From Roseibacillus sp. (lineage in GTDB: Bacteria > Verrucomicrobiota > Verrucomicrobiia > Verrucomicrobiales > Akkermansiaceae), in contig CBDEUM010000038.1 of NCBI GenBank assembly GCA_965242925.1, positions 1 to 64,000 of the forward strand: a stretch of 64,000 bases of DNA. Direction: 5' to 3'. The stretch's first letter is position 1. Each line of letters starts with the position of its first letter. Under the pieces are notes generated by a model. It was not told where the DNA came from. It saw only the letters and a program-made list of their open reading frames with translations, and ran no database searches. Made by a program: the position numbers and the translations under genes. This document shows, piece by piece, positions 52,027 to 61,284 of this stretch.

Positions 52027-53153
52027 ATCGATCTTACGTCAGGGAACTCGACTCGATGCTGGCACTCTGCAGGCAGGGTGGGCAACTCAGTCATGCGGTG
52101 GTGCAGGGGTTGGATTTGCGGGAAGCAGATCTCGACTGGAAGGCCCTCCGGTGTGAAGAGGCTGTTTTTCTGGGGTGCCGTTTTCCCGAGACAGTTACCG
52201 TCGAGTTTCTTATCGCACGGGGCGCAACCGTGATCCCGGTTTTTCCTGATTTGCCTTATAGTCCTTTCAGGCCTCGACTCTATTCGCGCGCCGAGTTGAT
52301 GGACGGGTGGACGCCGGACGTGGACAAAAGCACGGACAAGTTGATCTACGAACACTTTCTAGCTCATGGTCGTGAAAACCCCGGGGTGCTGGAGGCCCTC
52401 TCGCAGCGCCTGCACGACCATGCCATCGACGATGCCCTGCGCGATTTGTTAGAGGGGCGGATCGAGGGTGATGGGATCAAGAAGGTGGTGGGAATAATGG
52501 GCGGCCACAAGACGCCCCGCACCGATCCGTATTACAAGAAGGTGGCCCGCATCGCCCAGGACCTCACCCGGGCCGGATATTTCATCGCGACCGGGGGCGG
52601 CCCCGGGATCATGGAGGCCGCGAATATGGGAGCCTTTCTGGCGGAAGTCAGCGATGAGGACCTGGAGGGAGCACTCGCGACACTCAGTCATGCCCCGGTC
52701 TACACCGACGAGGGATACATGCAGTGCGCGCAGGAGGTGCTCGACATGTTCCGTCACGGGCGATCCAGTCTGGCAGTGCCCACGTGGTTCTACGGACACG
52801 AACCGAGCAATCTCTTCTCGGTCCATATCGCAAAGTACTTCTCCAACAGCCTGCGGGAGGATGGCCTGCTTGCGATCGCCCTGCACGGGATCATTTTCGC
52901 GCCCGGGAGTGCGGGAACCACCCAGGAGGTTTTCCAGGATGCGACTCAGAATCACTACGCGACCTATGGTGTCGTCAGTCCGATGGTGTTTATCGGCAGG
53001 GAGCACTATGGGGAGAATACACTTATCTACGACTGTCTGAGCCGTCAGGCGGAGAGCAAGGGATATGAGGACTATCTCTGTCTTACCGAGAGCGAGGAAG
53101 AGGTGGTGGCATTCATCGCCTCCCATCCGCCCGGGGAGGTGGCCAGAGTTTGA
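52023..53153 (+). CDS. LOG/SLOG family nucleotide-binding protein with N-terminal extension
   Basis: GIMGGH, TGGGPGIMEAAN, REDGL, PGSAGTTQE; ATGA overlap with hpt. Confidence 0.8.
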   Translation: MNRSYVRELDSMLALCRQGGQLSHAVVQGLDLREADLDWKALRCEEAVFLGCRFPETVTVEFLIARGATVIPVFPDLPYSPFRPRLYSRAELMDGWTPDVDKSTDKLIYEHFLAHGRENPGVLEALSQRLHDHAIDDALRDLLEGRIEGDGIKKVVGIMGGHKTPRTDPYYKKVARIAQDLTRAGYFIATGGGPGIMEAANMGAFLAEVSDEDLEGALATLSHAPVYTDEGYMQCAQEVLDMFRHGRSSLAVPTWFYGHEPSNLFSVHIAKYFSNSLREDGLLAIALHGIIFAPGSAGTTQEVFQDATQNHYATYGVVSPMVFIGREHYGENTLIYDCLSRQAESKGYEDYLCLTESEEEVVAFIASHPPGEVARV

Positions 53154-53351
53154 AGGTTTCCCTGCGCCCTGCTGGGTGGAGGAAGGGGAAGGGCTTTACG
53201 ACCCTGGATGGCGTCGTTTGGGGATTAAGAAGCACAAATTGGGCCTGAAATCCTGTGTATAAGTATTGCATTCCCTGCAAATTCTGTTTTTCTTCCGCCC
53301 CCCGCAGAAAGGGCAGGCCGGTTTCCCACTAGCCTGAAGCGTGCGAAAGCA

Positions 53352-53609
53352 ATGAGTGAATCGACAATTGATCCGACCGAATACCGCCTTCACGACAATG
53401 ATACGGGAAGTGCGGACTATCAGGTGGCGCTGCTAACCCAGCGTATCAAGCACCTCACCGAACACCTTGGAACTCATCGCAAGGATTTCTCCTCGCGACG
53501 CGGACTACTGACCCTCGTGGCACGTCGGCGGAAACTCCTCGATTTCCTGAGCAGGGATAACGAGGAGCGTTACAAGAAGATCGTTGCAGGGCTCGGATTG
53601 CGTCGATAG
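53352..53609 (+). CDS. rpsO: 30S ribosomal protein S15
   Basis: DTGS...QVALLT.RI..L..HL..H.KD.SSRRGL...V..RR.LL. Confidence 0.97.
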   Translation: MSESTIDPTEYRLHDNDTGSADYQVALLTQRIKHLTEHLGTHRKDFSSRRGLLTLVARRRKLLDFLSRDNEERYKKIVAGLGLRR

Positions 53610-53780
53610 CTCGTTCGGCTGCCTTGTCTCGCAGTCGGCCGTTTTCGCCTTTTGGTTGTCTCTCACGCCATCGCTGGTCCTCTTCCTGGAATCGTTTCCA
53701 GAACGGAAGACCAGCTTCATAACCTAGAGTTGTGCTCTCCATGGGGAGAACACGACGTGATGTAATACAGCAAACGAAAG

Positions 53781-56120
53781 ATGAGTACACATACAGTTAC
53801 GGCCGATGTCGGTCAGACCCCGATTGTTATCGAGACGGGCAAATTGGCAAAACTAGCAGACGGAGCGGTGACAGTCCGCTGCGGCGATACAGTGGTCCTG
53901 GTGACTGCAGTTTCGCAAACCAAGGTTCGCGAAGGGCAGACATGGTTTCCCATGTCGGTCGAGTACAAGGAGCGCGCGGCCGCGGCTGGCGTATTCCCCG
54001 GGGGCTATTTCAAGCGGGAGGGCCGACCCACTGAGAAGGAGATCCTGACCTGCCGGATGACCGATCGCCCCCTGCGTCCGCTTTTCCCGAAGGGCTATCT
54101 TTATGACACGCAGATCGTGGCGCTTCTCTTTGCCGCAGATGGCGAGAACGACGCGGACATCGTGGCCATGAATGGCGCCTCGGCCGCTTTAGCCATTTCA
54201 GATATTCCCTTTGCAGGGCCGATCGGGGCCGTGCGTGTTGGCCGGGTGGAAGGCGATTTTGTCGTCAACCCGACATTCGAGCAGCGGGCCGAGAGTGATC
54301 TTGATCTGGTATACGTTGGGAATAAGACCGACGTGGTCATGATCGAAGGCGCCGCTGACGAGATCCCGGAAGCGGACTTCGTGGATGCCCTGCGATTCGC
54401 CCAGGGACACGTTACCAAGCTGGTGGAAGCTCAGGAGGAACTGGTGGCCCAGTGTGGCAAGGAAAAGCGTGACTACACCGTAACGGTGGCCAAGGACGAG
54501 CATCTTGAGATCGGCTACCGCGTGGCGGGGGATCGCATCGAGGATGCCATCTACAAGCCCAGTAAGGTGGAGCGCGCCAAGGCGGTCGGTGCTCTGCGCG
54601 ATGAAGTGGAAGCAGCTCTCAAGGAAGCGGATCCTGAAATATCGGATTTTGCGATCGAGCAGGCCTTCGAACATATCCAGAAAAAAGCGTTCCGTATCAG
54701 CATCCTCGAGAAGGGACTGCGGGCCGATGGCCGACAAGTGGGTGATCTTCGCCCCTTGACGGCGGAAGCTGGTCTTCTTCCCCGGGTGCACGGCTCGGGC
54801 CTCTTCGCACGAGGAGAGACGCAGGCCTTGGCCGTTACCACTCTCGCTCCGTCCGATGAAAAGCAGTTTTACGACAACTATGCGGGTGGCGATGACAGCA
54901 AGCGTTTCATTCTACACTACTCCTTCCCACCATTCTCGGTGGGTGAGTCGGGTCGTTTTGGTGGTTTGAACCGGCGTGAGATCGGGCACGGGGCTCTTTG
55001 CGAGCGTTCCCTTGCGGCGGTCATTCCCGACGTGGAAGAGTTTCCCTATGCGATCCGTGTTACATCGGAAGTGCTCGAATCGAATGGCTCGTCCTCGATG
55101 GCCACCGTGTGTTCCGGGACGATGTCCCTCCTGCAGGCCGGGGTGCCGCTGAAGCGTCCCGTAAGTGGGATCTCGGTCGGTCTCGTGACGGACTTCGACG
55201 ATGATGGGAATTTGAAGGAGCACAAACTGCTCATGGATATCATCGGTAGCGAAGACTTCTACGGCGACATGGACTGGAAACTCTGTGGAACCAGTGAAGG
55301 AATCACTGGGTTCCAGCTCGACCTGAAGTTGCGGGGAGTCCCTATGGATATCTTCGAGACCGCGGTGCATATGGCCAAGGAAGGCCGCACCAAGGTGCAG
55401 GAAGCCATGACCGAGGCAATTTCCGAGGTCGGCCAACTCAGCGAGCACGCTCCGCGGATCGAGACCGTGAAAATTGATCCCGATCGGATCGGGGAACTGA
55501 TCGGTCCTGGTGGAAAGCACATCAAGGGCATCCAGGCCGAGTCGGGAGCCGAGATCAATATCGAGGATGACGGGACGGTGCATATTTACGCCGCCAAGGC
55601 AGAGTCGCTGGAGTGCGCCAAGAAGATGATCGAGGACATGTTTGCCGAGGTAGAGGTCGGAGCGATCTACACTGGCAAGATTGCAAATACGATGGCCTTT
55701 GGTGCCTTCATGGAAGTGCTTCCCGGCAAGGACGGTCTGATCCACATTTCGGAGTTGGCCGAAGGCCGGGTCGAAAAGACGGAAGATGTGGTAAAGACCG
55801 GGGACGTGGTGACTGCCAAGTGCATCGGCGTGGATGAAAAAGGCCGCGTCAAGATGAGCATGCGCGCTGCGATACGCGAAGCGCGTGGCGACACTGATGA
55901 CAGTGATGATCGCGATCGTCGTGGTGGCGGTGGTGGTGGTGGCGGACGCCGAGGTGGTGGTGGACGCGACCGTGGCGGAGACCGTGGCGGAGACCGTGGC
56001 GGAGACCGTGGCGGAGACCGTGGCGGAGACCGTGGCGGACGCAACCGGGACCGTGACAAACCCAAGGACGATGTGCCCCCGCCTGAGAAGGAGGAGTCAT
56101 TTTCCCTGACCGACGACTGA
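53781..56120 (+). CDS. pnp: Polyribonucleotide nucleotidyltransferase with an RGG-rich tail
   Basis: ETGKLAKLADGAV, PGGYFKREGRP, DRPLRPLFP, FARGETQ, RREIGHG, SNGSSSMA, GDMD, KH and S1 domains. Confidence 0.97.
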   Translation: MSTHTVTADVGQTPIVIETGKLAKLADGAVTVRCGDTVVLVTAVSQTKVREGQTWFPMSVEYKERAAAAGVFPGGYFKREGRPTEKEILTCRMTDRPLRPLFPKGYLYDTQIVALLFAADGENDADIVAMNGASAALAISDIPFAGPIGAVRVGRVEGDFVVNPTFEQRAESDLDLVYVGNKTDVVMIEGAADEIPEADFVDALRFAQGHVTKLVEAQEELVAQCGKEKRDYTVTVAKDEHLEIGYRVAGDRIEDAIYKPSKVERAKAVGALRDEVEAALKEADPEISDFAIEQAFEHIQKKAFRISILEKGLRADGRQVGDLRPLTAEAGLLPRVHGSGLFARGETQALAVTTLAPSDEKQFYDNYAGGDDSKRFILHYSFPPFSVGESGRFGGLNRREIGHGALCERSLAAVIPDVEEFPYAIRVTSEVLESNGSSSMATVCSGTMSLLQAGVPLKRPVSGISVGLVTDFDDDGNLKEHKLLMDIIGSEDFYGDMDWKLCGTSEGITGFQLDLKLRGVPMDIFETAVHMAKEGRTKVQEAMTEAISEVGQLSEHAPRIETVKIDPDRIGELIGPGGKHIKGIQAESGAEINIEDDGTVHIYAAKAESLECAKKMIEDMFAEVEVGAIYTGKIANTMAFGAFMEVLPGKDGLIHISELAEGRVEKTEDVVKTGDVVTAKCIGVDEKGRVKMSMRAAIREARGDTDDSDDRDRRGGGGGGGGRRGGGGRDRGGDRGGDRGGDRGGDRGGDRGGRNRDRDKPKDDVPPPEKEESFSLTDD
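55968..56039 (+). repeat. 12-bp in-frame tandem repeat x6 (DRGG)
   Basis: Six perfect copies of gaccgtggcgga in the 3' end of pnp. Confidence 0.95.
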
Positions 56121-56139
56121 TTTCCAGGCTCCCATGCAA

Positions 56140-56176
56140 GCGCCCCGGGGTTCGTGCTCCGGGGCGTCTTTTTTTT
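56140..56176 (+). terminator. Rho-independent terminator after pnp
   Basis: CGCCCCGG...CCGGGGCG stem followed by T8. Confidence 0.85.
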
Positions 56177-56234
56177 GAGCAACTGCTATTTGCCCAAGAC
56201 GTCCAATGGCAGAGGCCGCGACTGCCTCAGGGAC

Positions 56235-56375
56235 TTACTCCTCGGCGGGCTTCTCCTCTGTCTTGTCCGCACGTTCAAACTTCGCCTCTCTGCTGATGTT
56301 TATGTAGAAACACCCGAAGAGGAGAGTTGAGAGCAGGATAATCAGGGCCAGAAGGAGGCTGAGAATATTGCGCAC
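56235..56375 (-). CDS. Small 46-aa membrane protein or lipoprotein (not in the ORF track)
   Basis: GTG start; MRNILSLLLALIILLSTLLFGCFYINISREAKFERADKTEEKPAEE*; fills the gap downstream of rsmB. Confidence 0.55.
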   Translation of the reverse strand: MRNILSLLLALIILLSTLLFGCFYINISREAKFERADKTEEKPAEE

Positions 56376-56448
56376 GTCCGAACCCTAGGATGGGGAGCGC
56401 AAAATAGGGAGGCGAAATTCAGGAGGATTTTCCGGCGCCGGAATCCCG

Positions 56449-57696
56449 TCAGGGCCTGCTACGTAAGGCGAGAAGGGCGGCGTAGGAACCATCGAATCCG
56501 TCCCGGAATGGCAGAGACTGCCGGGAATCGAGTAGTTCGATTTCCGGATGGGCGGACTGGAATGCCTCAACCTGCTCTTCGTTCTCTGCAGGCTCAAGGG
56601 CACAGGTAGAGTAGAGCAAACGGCCTCCCGGTTTGAGACAGGGCAGGGCGTTCTCAAGAATGCGTTGCTGGACGTCTCCAAGATCGGCGATTTGTTCGGA
56701 CCTGAGCCGCCAACGGGCGTCAACGCGACGGCGTAGCACGCCGGTATTGGAGCAGGGAACATCGAGAAGGATGCGGTCGAAACGGCCATGCCAGTCGACC
56801 GGGGCCTCCATGGTCCAGTCAAACACTTCCGTTCCTGCAATGCTGAGATGTTGTTGTTTCAGGTTTTCGATGAGTCGGGGGAGACGCTTTTCGTTTGCGT
56901 CGGTGCAGAGCAATACACCGTTGTTTTTCATGGCAGACGCGATGAGGGAAGATTTCCCGCCGGGGGCGGCGCAGGCGTCGAGAATGATCTCGCCTGGCTG
57001 GGGGGCGAGAAGTTCTACCGCCAGCCTGGTAGAGGGGTCCTGCACGTAGATCAGACCTTCTTCTGTCCATGATGAGGGGAGCAGGCCCTTCAGTTCGTAG
57101 TAACCATCGATCCCGACAGGAGTGAGAGTTTCTTCCTGATCGGGGTCGAGGGAGGAGGGAGCCAGGGGATTGAGCCTGACAATGACGGGAGCGGGCTGGT
57201 TGTTCCAGGCCATGAGCGCCTCGGCGGCCTCCCTGCCGAACTGTGTTTTCCAGCGTTTGCAGAGCCACCCGGGATGGGAGAACCTGGTGGCAGGGGGGAG
57301 CTCCTCGCGCTCGGAGAAGAGTGTTTTTCGCGCCGCCACCGCTCGGCGTAGGACTGCATTGATCAATCCCCGCACGGGTTTGCGGGCGCAGGACACCGTT
57401 TCGTTTACTGCCGCGTGATCCGGAATTTCCAGAAGCAGGAGCTGGCATACTCCGACCCGCAGGATGTCACGCGTTTCATGATCCAGTTTCCCCTTGCGCA
57501 GCGTGCCGATCCAGTGATCGAGCAGGCTTCGGTTGCGCAGTACGCCGAGCAGGATGCTGTTGAGGAGCGCCCGGTCCGAGGGTGAGAGGTGGTTGCGCCG
57601 CGCGTGGCGGTCGATCAGGGAAGTGGCATAGACATGGCCCTTGGACCATGCACGCAGGGCCGAAACGGCGGCACGGCGGACGTTCTTATCGGGCAT
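56449..57696 (-). CDS. rsmB: 16S rRNA m5C967 methyltransferase (NusB-like plus MTase domains)
   Basis: HAAVNETV, INAVLR, FSHP.WL, YVQD, LDACAAPGGKS, LLDVPCSNTG, YSTC. Confidence 0.92.
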   Translation of the reverse strand: MPDKNVRRAAVSALRAWSKGHVYATSLIDRHARRNHLSPSDRALLNSILLGVLRNRSLLDHWIGTLRKGKLDHETRDILRVGVCQLLLLEIPDHAAVNETVSCARKPVRGLINAVLRRAVAARKTLFSEREELPPATRFSHPGWLCKRWKTQFGREAAEALMAWNNQPAPVIVRLNPLAPSSLDPDQEETLTPVGIDGYYELKGLLPSSWTEEGLIYVQDPSTRLAVELLAPQPGEIILDACAAPGGKSSLIASAMKNNGVLLCTDANEKRLPRLIENLKQQHLSIAGTEVFDWTMEAPVDWHGRFDRILLDVPCSNTGVLRRRVDARWRLRSEQIADLGDVQQRILENALPCLKPGGRLLYSTCALEPAENEEQVEAFQSAHPEIELLDSRQSLPFRDGFDGSYAALLALRSRP

Positions 57697-57714
57697 TGCT
57701 AAACCAGAAGGGCG

Positions 57715-58017
57715 TTATCCTCGGACAAGGAAATGGGTGACCAGTTCCCGCCATTCCTCATCGAGGGTAACCGAAGGAGCAGGTTCGGTGCGTCCTGCAC
57801 GGTTGTACCAGTAGCGGGCGTTGGAAAGGTCGCCTTCCTCGCGATGAAGGTGAGCGTGAATCAAGGCTCCATCGGGATCTGGAATACCGGAGCAGAGGTC
57901 GTGGGCGTCATTCCAGCGCTCGGCCCGGGCCAACCAGAGCGTGCGGAGTTCGTCGGAGAGCTCCCCGGGAGGAGCATTGCCGTCTTGAGCGGATTGATCG
58001 AGTTCCTCGGTCGTCAT
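57715..58017 (-). CDS. Hypothetical protein
   Basis: W..AH...IHAHLHREEGDLSNARYWY.RAG motif, which I recognise from small uncharacterised proteins. Confidence 0.75.
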   Translation of the reverse strand: MTTEELDQSAQDGNAPPGELSDELRTLWLARAERWNDAHDLCSGIPDPDGALIHAHLHREEGDLSNARYWYNRAGRTEPAPSVTLDEEWRELVTHFLVRG

Positions 58018-58081
58018 CGGGGCTCCAGCTAAGCCCAGAATTGTGCTGGTGAAAAGCCTGGGCTGTTGCTACCGCTTCACC

Positions 58082-58930
58082 GTGAAACGTGTCCTCTCGG
58101 CTGTCGGTGCAGCTCTCGGCATATTCTCCTGGGCGGAGGCCGAGGAACTCCCTGCGGCACTGGACAAACCTTTCCTGGGGTGCTGGCTGGCCTTTTCGGA
58201 TTCCAGGGACTTTGAGTTTCTTATTGGTGGCGACGGGGACGCGGAGTTGTTCTTTGAGAAGAACCGGGAGCGACTGACTGTCGGTGGTTGTAGTTTGAAG
58301 ATCTACTATACGGTGGGGGAGCAGGTCAAAGGCAAGGGAGGAAAGACCCGGTGGTCCTATCGCAGGATTGTGCGGGATGGATTCGAAGACTTCGCGAAGG
58401 AGACCGCGGAGCCTCCGATGCGGAAGCCGGTCAGTTTTACCGCCACCTTTACCGGAGGAATCAAGGTCAGGATCACCCACGTTTTCAGCAAGAGGGGAGT
58501 GGATATTTCCACGAAGATTCTCGAGAAGGGAGAAAGTAAGGGCGACTTGCGGGCGGGAGTGAAGGTCCTCGTAGGCGATCTTTTCAGGCACATTCAGGAT
58601 GAGGACCTGGAGGAGAAGGAAACCGAGTCCAAGCTGGAAGATACCAGAATTTCTGTTTTTCCCGCGGGGGCACGAAGGGCAAGGCGCATCAAATTTGAAG
58701 ACTACGACACTGTTTTGACTGAAGAGTGTCCCAAGGGGGCCCGGGCTTTTGAGCTGGAATCCGACCGCTATGGTGGCCACGAATTTCAACTAACGACGGC
58801 CAATCCGGATTTCGGTCTTCTTGAGTTCGTTCAGCAGAAGCGCCTCATCCACGGGTTTTTCGTGAACTGGTTCCCGGAGCCGACAAAGGTCGATGAAAAG
58901 GACGCCCGACTTGTGATCAGGGTGAAGTAG
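58082..58930 (+). CDS. Hypothetical secreted protein
   Basis: GTG start, signal-like N-terminus (...SWAEA-E), beta-rich body. Confidence 0.6.
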   Translation: MKRVLSAVGAALGIFSWAEAEELPAALDKPFLGCWLAFSDSRDFEFLIGGDGDAELFFEKNRERLTVGGCSLKIYYTVGEQVKGKGGKTRWSYRRIVRDGFEDFAKETAEPPMRKPVSFTATFTGGIKVRITHVFSKRGVDISTKILEKGESKGDLRAGVKVLVGDLFRHIQDEDLEEKETESKLEDTRISVFPAGARRARRIKFEDYDTVLTEECPKGARAFELESDRYGGHEFQLTTANPDFGLLEFVQQKRLIHGFFVNWFPEPTKVDEKDARLVIRVK

Positions 58931-59242
58931 CTCCTCTGATTCATCGGACTGGAGGGGCATTGGATCTTACGGGCTCAGGGTGGTGGAATTGCCCCACCTG
59001 CGAACAGGGGAGCGACTGTACCAAGCTGCACCTATGGGAGGGGACAAGTTGAGCGCACTTTGGTACACCACGAGCTAGAAATCTTACATGATTAACGATT
59101 TTACGATCTTTACAGGGTAGAGAGAGGCCCGGAGCGACAAAATATTAAAAACTCACAGAGAAAATGAGCCTCTTCCAGATTTTTTGAAAATTTATCCCGC
59201 AGAAAAAAAGCGGCTTTAGGGCGATTATAGAAAGATTTTAGA

Positions 59243-59300
59243 TTGACCGACTAGTGCTCTCAAGTGTACTAAAGTGCACTAATTTACAGCAAAGTGCTCG
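59243..59300 (+). promoter_or_regulatory. Putative dcw promoter with MraZ operator repeats
   Basis: TTGACC at 59243; AGTG at 59253, 59263, 59273 and 59293 (10-bp phasing). Confidence 0.65.
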
Positions 59301-59765
59301 GTGGGTGTCCCAATCAATAGTTTCGAGGGAGTATATAACTTCAAACTGGACGCAAAATTTCGCGTTTCAGTACCGTCGGAATGGCGTCCGGGGAGGGGCG
59401 AGGCGCTGCCCCTGCGACTTTTGAAGTGGCAGACCTACAAGGTACCCGTGCTCAAGGCGCTCACCGATGAGGCCTTTGAGGCCATGATTGACTCGATCGA
59501 CGGATCTGATCTTCAGGCCGGAATCAAGAGTCAGCGCAAGGGATTGCTCTATTCCCGCAACACCCAGGTGGCCATCAACGACCAGGGCAAGGTGCTCATC
59601 CCGAAGAAACTGGCTGAAGAGCATGGATTGGAGGCCGGCGGGGCTGTGCACCTCTCCGGGCGCGGCACGAATTTCGACATTGTGAGTCCGCGTGATCACA
59701 ACGCAATGCAGGCGGCCGAAGAATCCCTGCTCGGTGACCTCTACGAATCGGTGGACTTCTCTTGA
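59301..59765 (+). CDS. mraZ: Division/cell wall cluster regulator MraZ
   Basis: FEG.Y..KLDAKFRVSVP and INDQGKVLIP (two AbrB-like repeats); first gene before rsmH. Confidence 0.85.
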   Translation: MGVPINSFEGVYNFKLDAKFRVSVPSEWRPGRGEALPLRLLKWQTYKVPVLKALTDEAFEAMIDSIDGSDLQAGIKSQRKGLLYSRNTQVAINDQGKVLIPKKLAEEHGLEAGGAVHLSGRGTNFDIVSPRDHNAMQAAEESLLGDLYESVDFS

Positions 59766-59798
59766 ACCTTTACCTCGAACTAGACTGACAAACTGCTG

Positions 59799-60875
59799 AT
59801 GTTCCTGCCTTCTCCAACCCCGGTTCCGTCGATGGCGTGGTGCCTAGCGGACTGTTCAACAACTTTGTTGACGGTGCCGGGGTTGGGGATCCCTTTCCAT
59901 GCGACGCGGGGAGAAGGGAAGACGGAGAGCAGTGAAGGCCCGCGTGCCTTCCACCATGTTCCAGTCCTGATGGAAGAGGTGATTCATTACCTTGCTCCGG
60001 GGGCAGGGATGACGATTGTTGATGCGACACTGGGAGGAGCCGGGCATGCGGCTGCGATCCTGGAGAGGGGTGCTCGGTTGATAGGCTTTGACCGTGACCC
60101 AGAAGCCCTCGCCCACGCCGGAGCTCGCTTGAGCCAATATGGCGAGGCGGCCATGTTGCAGCAGCAGAATTTCTCGAACCTTCTTGCCGCTGGAAGAGAG
60201 CTCGCCCCTGACGGAGTGGATGGGATTCTGCTCGATCTGGGAGTGTCGTCCCACCAGCTTGATTCTGCCGATCGGGGGTTTTCGCTGCGATCCGGGGGGA
60301 GCCTCGACATGCGGATGGATCCCGGAGAAAGCCTCACGGCGGCGGAATTGGTGAATGAATGGAATGAAGCTGATTTGGCCCGGATCTTTCACGATCTGGG
60401 TGAAGAGCGGAGGTCCAGAGCAGTAGCCGGAGCAATCGTGCGCCGCCGTGTCACCAAGCGGTTCAGTGATACCCTCGACCTTGCTGACTGCGTTGCGGGA
60501 GTTGTAGGCCGCAAGGGGCGCATCCATCCGGCGACGCGGGTTTTTCAAGCTCTGAGGATGACGGTGAATCGCGAAATGGAGGCCCTGGAATCAGCCTTGG
60601 AATCGGCCCCGGAGTTGCTGAAGCCCGGAGGACGCATGGCGGTGATCACCTTCCACAGTCTGGAGGATCGCATGGTCAAACGGTTCTTCAGATCCCGCAG
60701 CGTGCGCGAACTTGACCGGCCCGAGTGGCCTGCACCGCGTCCGAATCCGGACTGCTGTCTGCGGGTGATCACCCGCAAACCCGTGACGCCCGCCGCTCCC
60801 GAGGTCGGAGGGAATCCCAGGGCGCGCAGCGCCAAGTTACGAGTGGCGGAAAAAAGGAAGGTGGGCGAGCAGTGA
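59799..60875 (+). CDS. rsmH: 16S rRNA m4C1402 methyltransferase (start uncertain)
   Basis: HVPVL, DATLGGAGH, DLGVSSHQLD...RGFS, LDMRM, HPATRVFQALR, FHSLEDR, NPRARSAKLR. Confidence 0.95.
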   Translation: MFLPSPTPVPSMAWCLADCSTTLLTVPGLGIPFHATRGEGKTESSEGPRAFHHVPVLMEEVIHYLAPGAGMTIVDATLGGAGHAAAILERGARLIGFDRDPEALAHAGARLSQYGEAAMLQQQNFSNLLAAGRELAPDGVDGILLDLGVSSHQLDSADRGFSLRSGGSLDMRMDPGESLTAAELVNEWNEADLARIFHDLGEERRSRAVAGAIVRRRVTKRFSDTLDLADCVAGVVGRKGRIHPATRVFQALRMTVNREMEALESALESAPELLKPGGRMAVITFHSLEDRMVKRFFRSRSVRELDRPEWPAPRPNPDCCLRVITRKPVTPAAPEVGGNPRARSAKLRVAEKRKVGEQ

Positions 60876-61279
60876 ACCGCAGACGGAAAGTAAAACCTCA
60901 TCTGGGATTCGGGACGATCGTGTTCCTGATAGTGGCCGCGGTGATGTTAGCGGCAGCGGGTGTTTTTCACGCTTATGTCAAGAACCGTCAGATAAACGTA
61001 GCACGGGAAATCCAGGGAATGGAGGAACGAATTTCCCAGCACAAGCTGGATATCACGACGCTTGAAGTGCGGCTCGATGACCAACTCAATCCGATTCTGA
61101 TTAATGACCGGCTCAATGAGATGTCTTCTGACCTTCGTCGGATTCCGGTAGGAGTCGTAGAGGAAATCCCGGTGTCGCGGAGCGGGAGTGGTAAGGTTAC
61201 GGCAACTGTTCCCGATCAAGATCCGCCTTCGATCTCAGTAATTCCCACCACCGTTTCCGTTGCGGCTGGGGGGCCCTGA
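60872..61279 (+). CDS. ftsL: FtsL-like cell division protein
   Basis: Short basic N-terminus, TM helix and coiled coil; sits between rsmH and ftsI; GTGA overlap. Confidence 0.65.
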   Translation: MNRRRKVKPHLGFGTIVFLIVAAVMLAAAGVFHAYVKNRQINVAREIQGMEERISQHKLDITTLEVRLDDQLNPILINDRLNEMSSDLRRIPVGVVEEIPVSRSGSGKVTATVPDQDPPSISVIPTTVSVAAGGP

Positions 61280-61284
61280 TCCCT

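Noticed and set aside
55968..56039. Tandem repeats here and at 17653-17712 as CRISPR arrays
   Set aside because: No spacers, both are in frame inside CDSs, and no cas genes are present.
59017..59067. Inverted repeat TGTACCAA...TTGGTACA upstream of mraZ as an ncRNA or MITE
   Set aside because: Only a short outer stem, no second copy noticed in the window, and no recognisable family.
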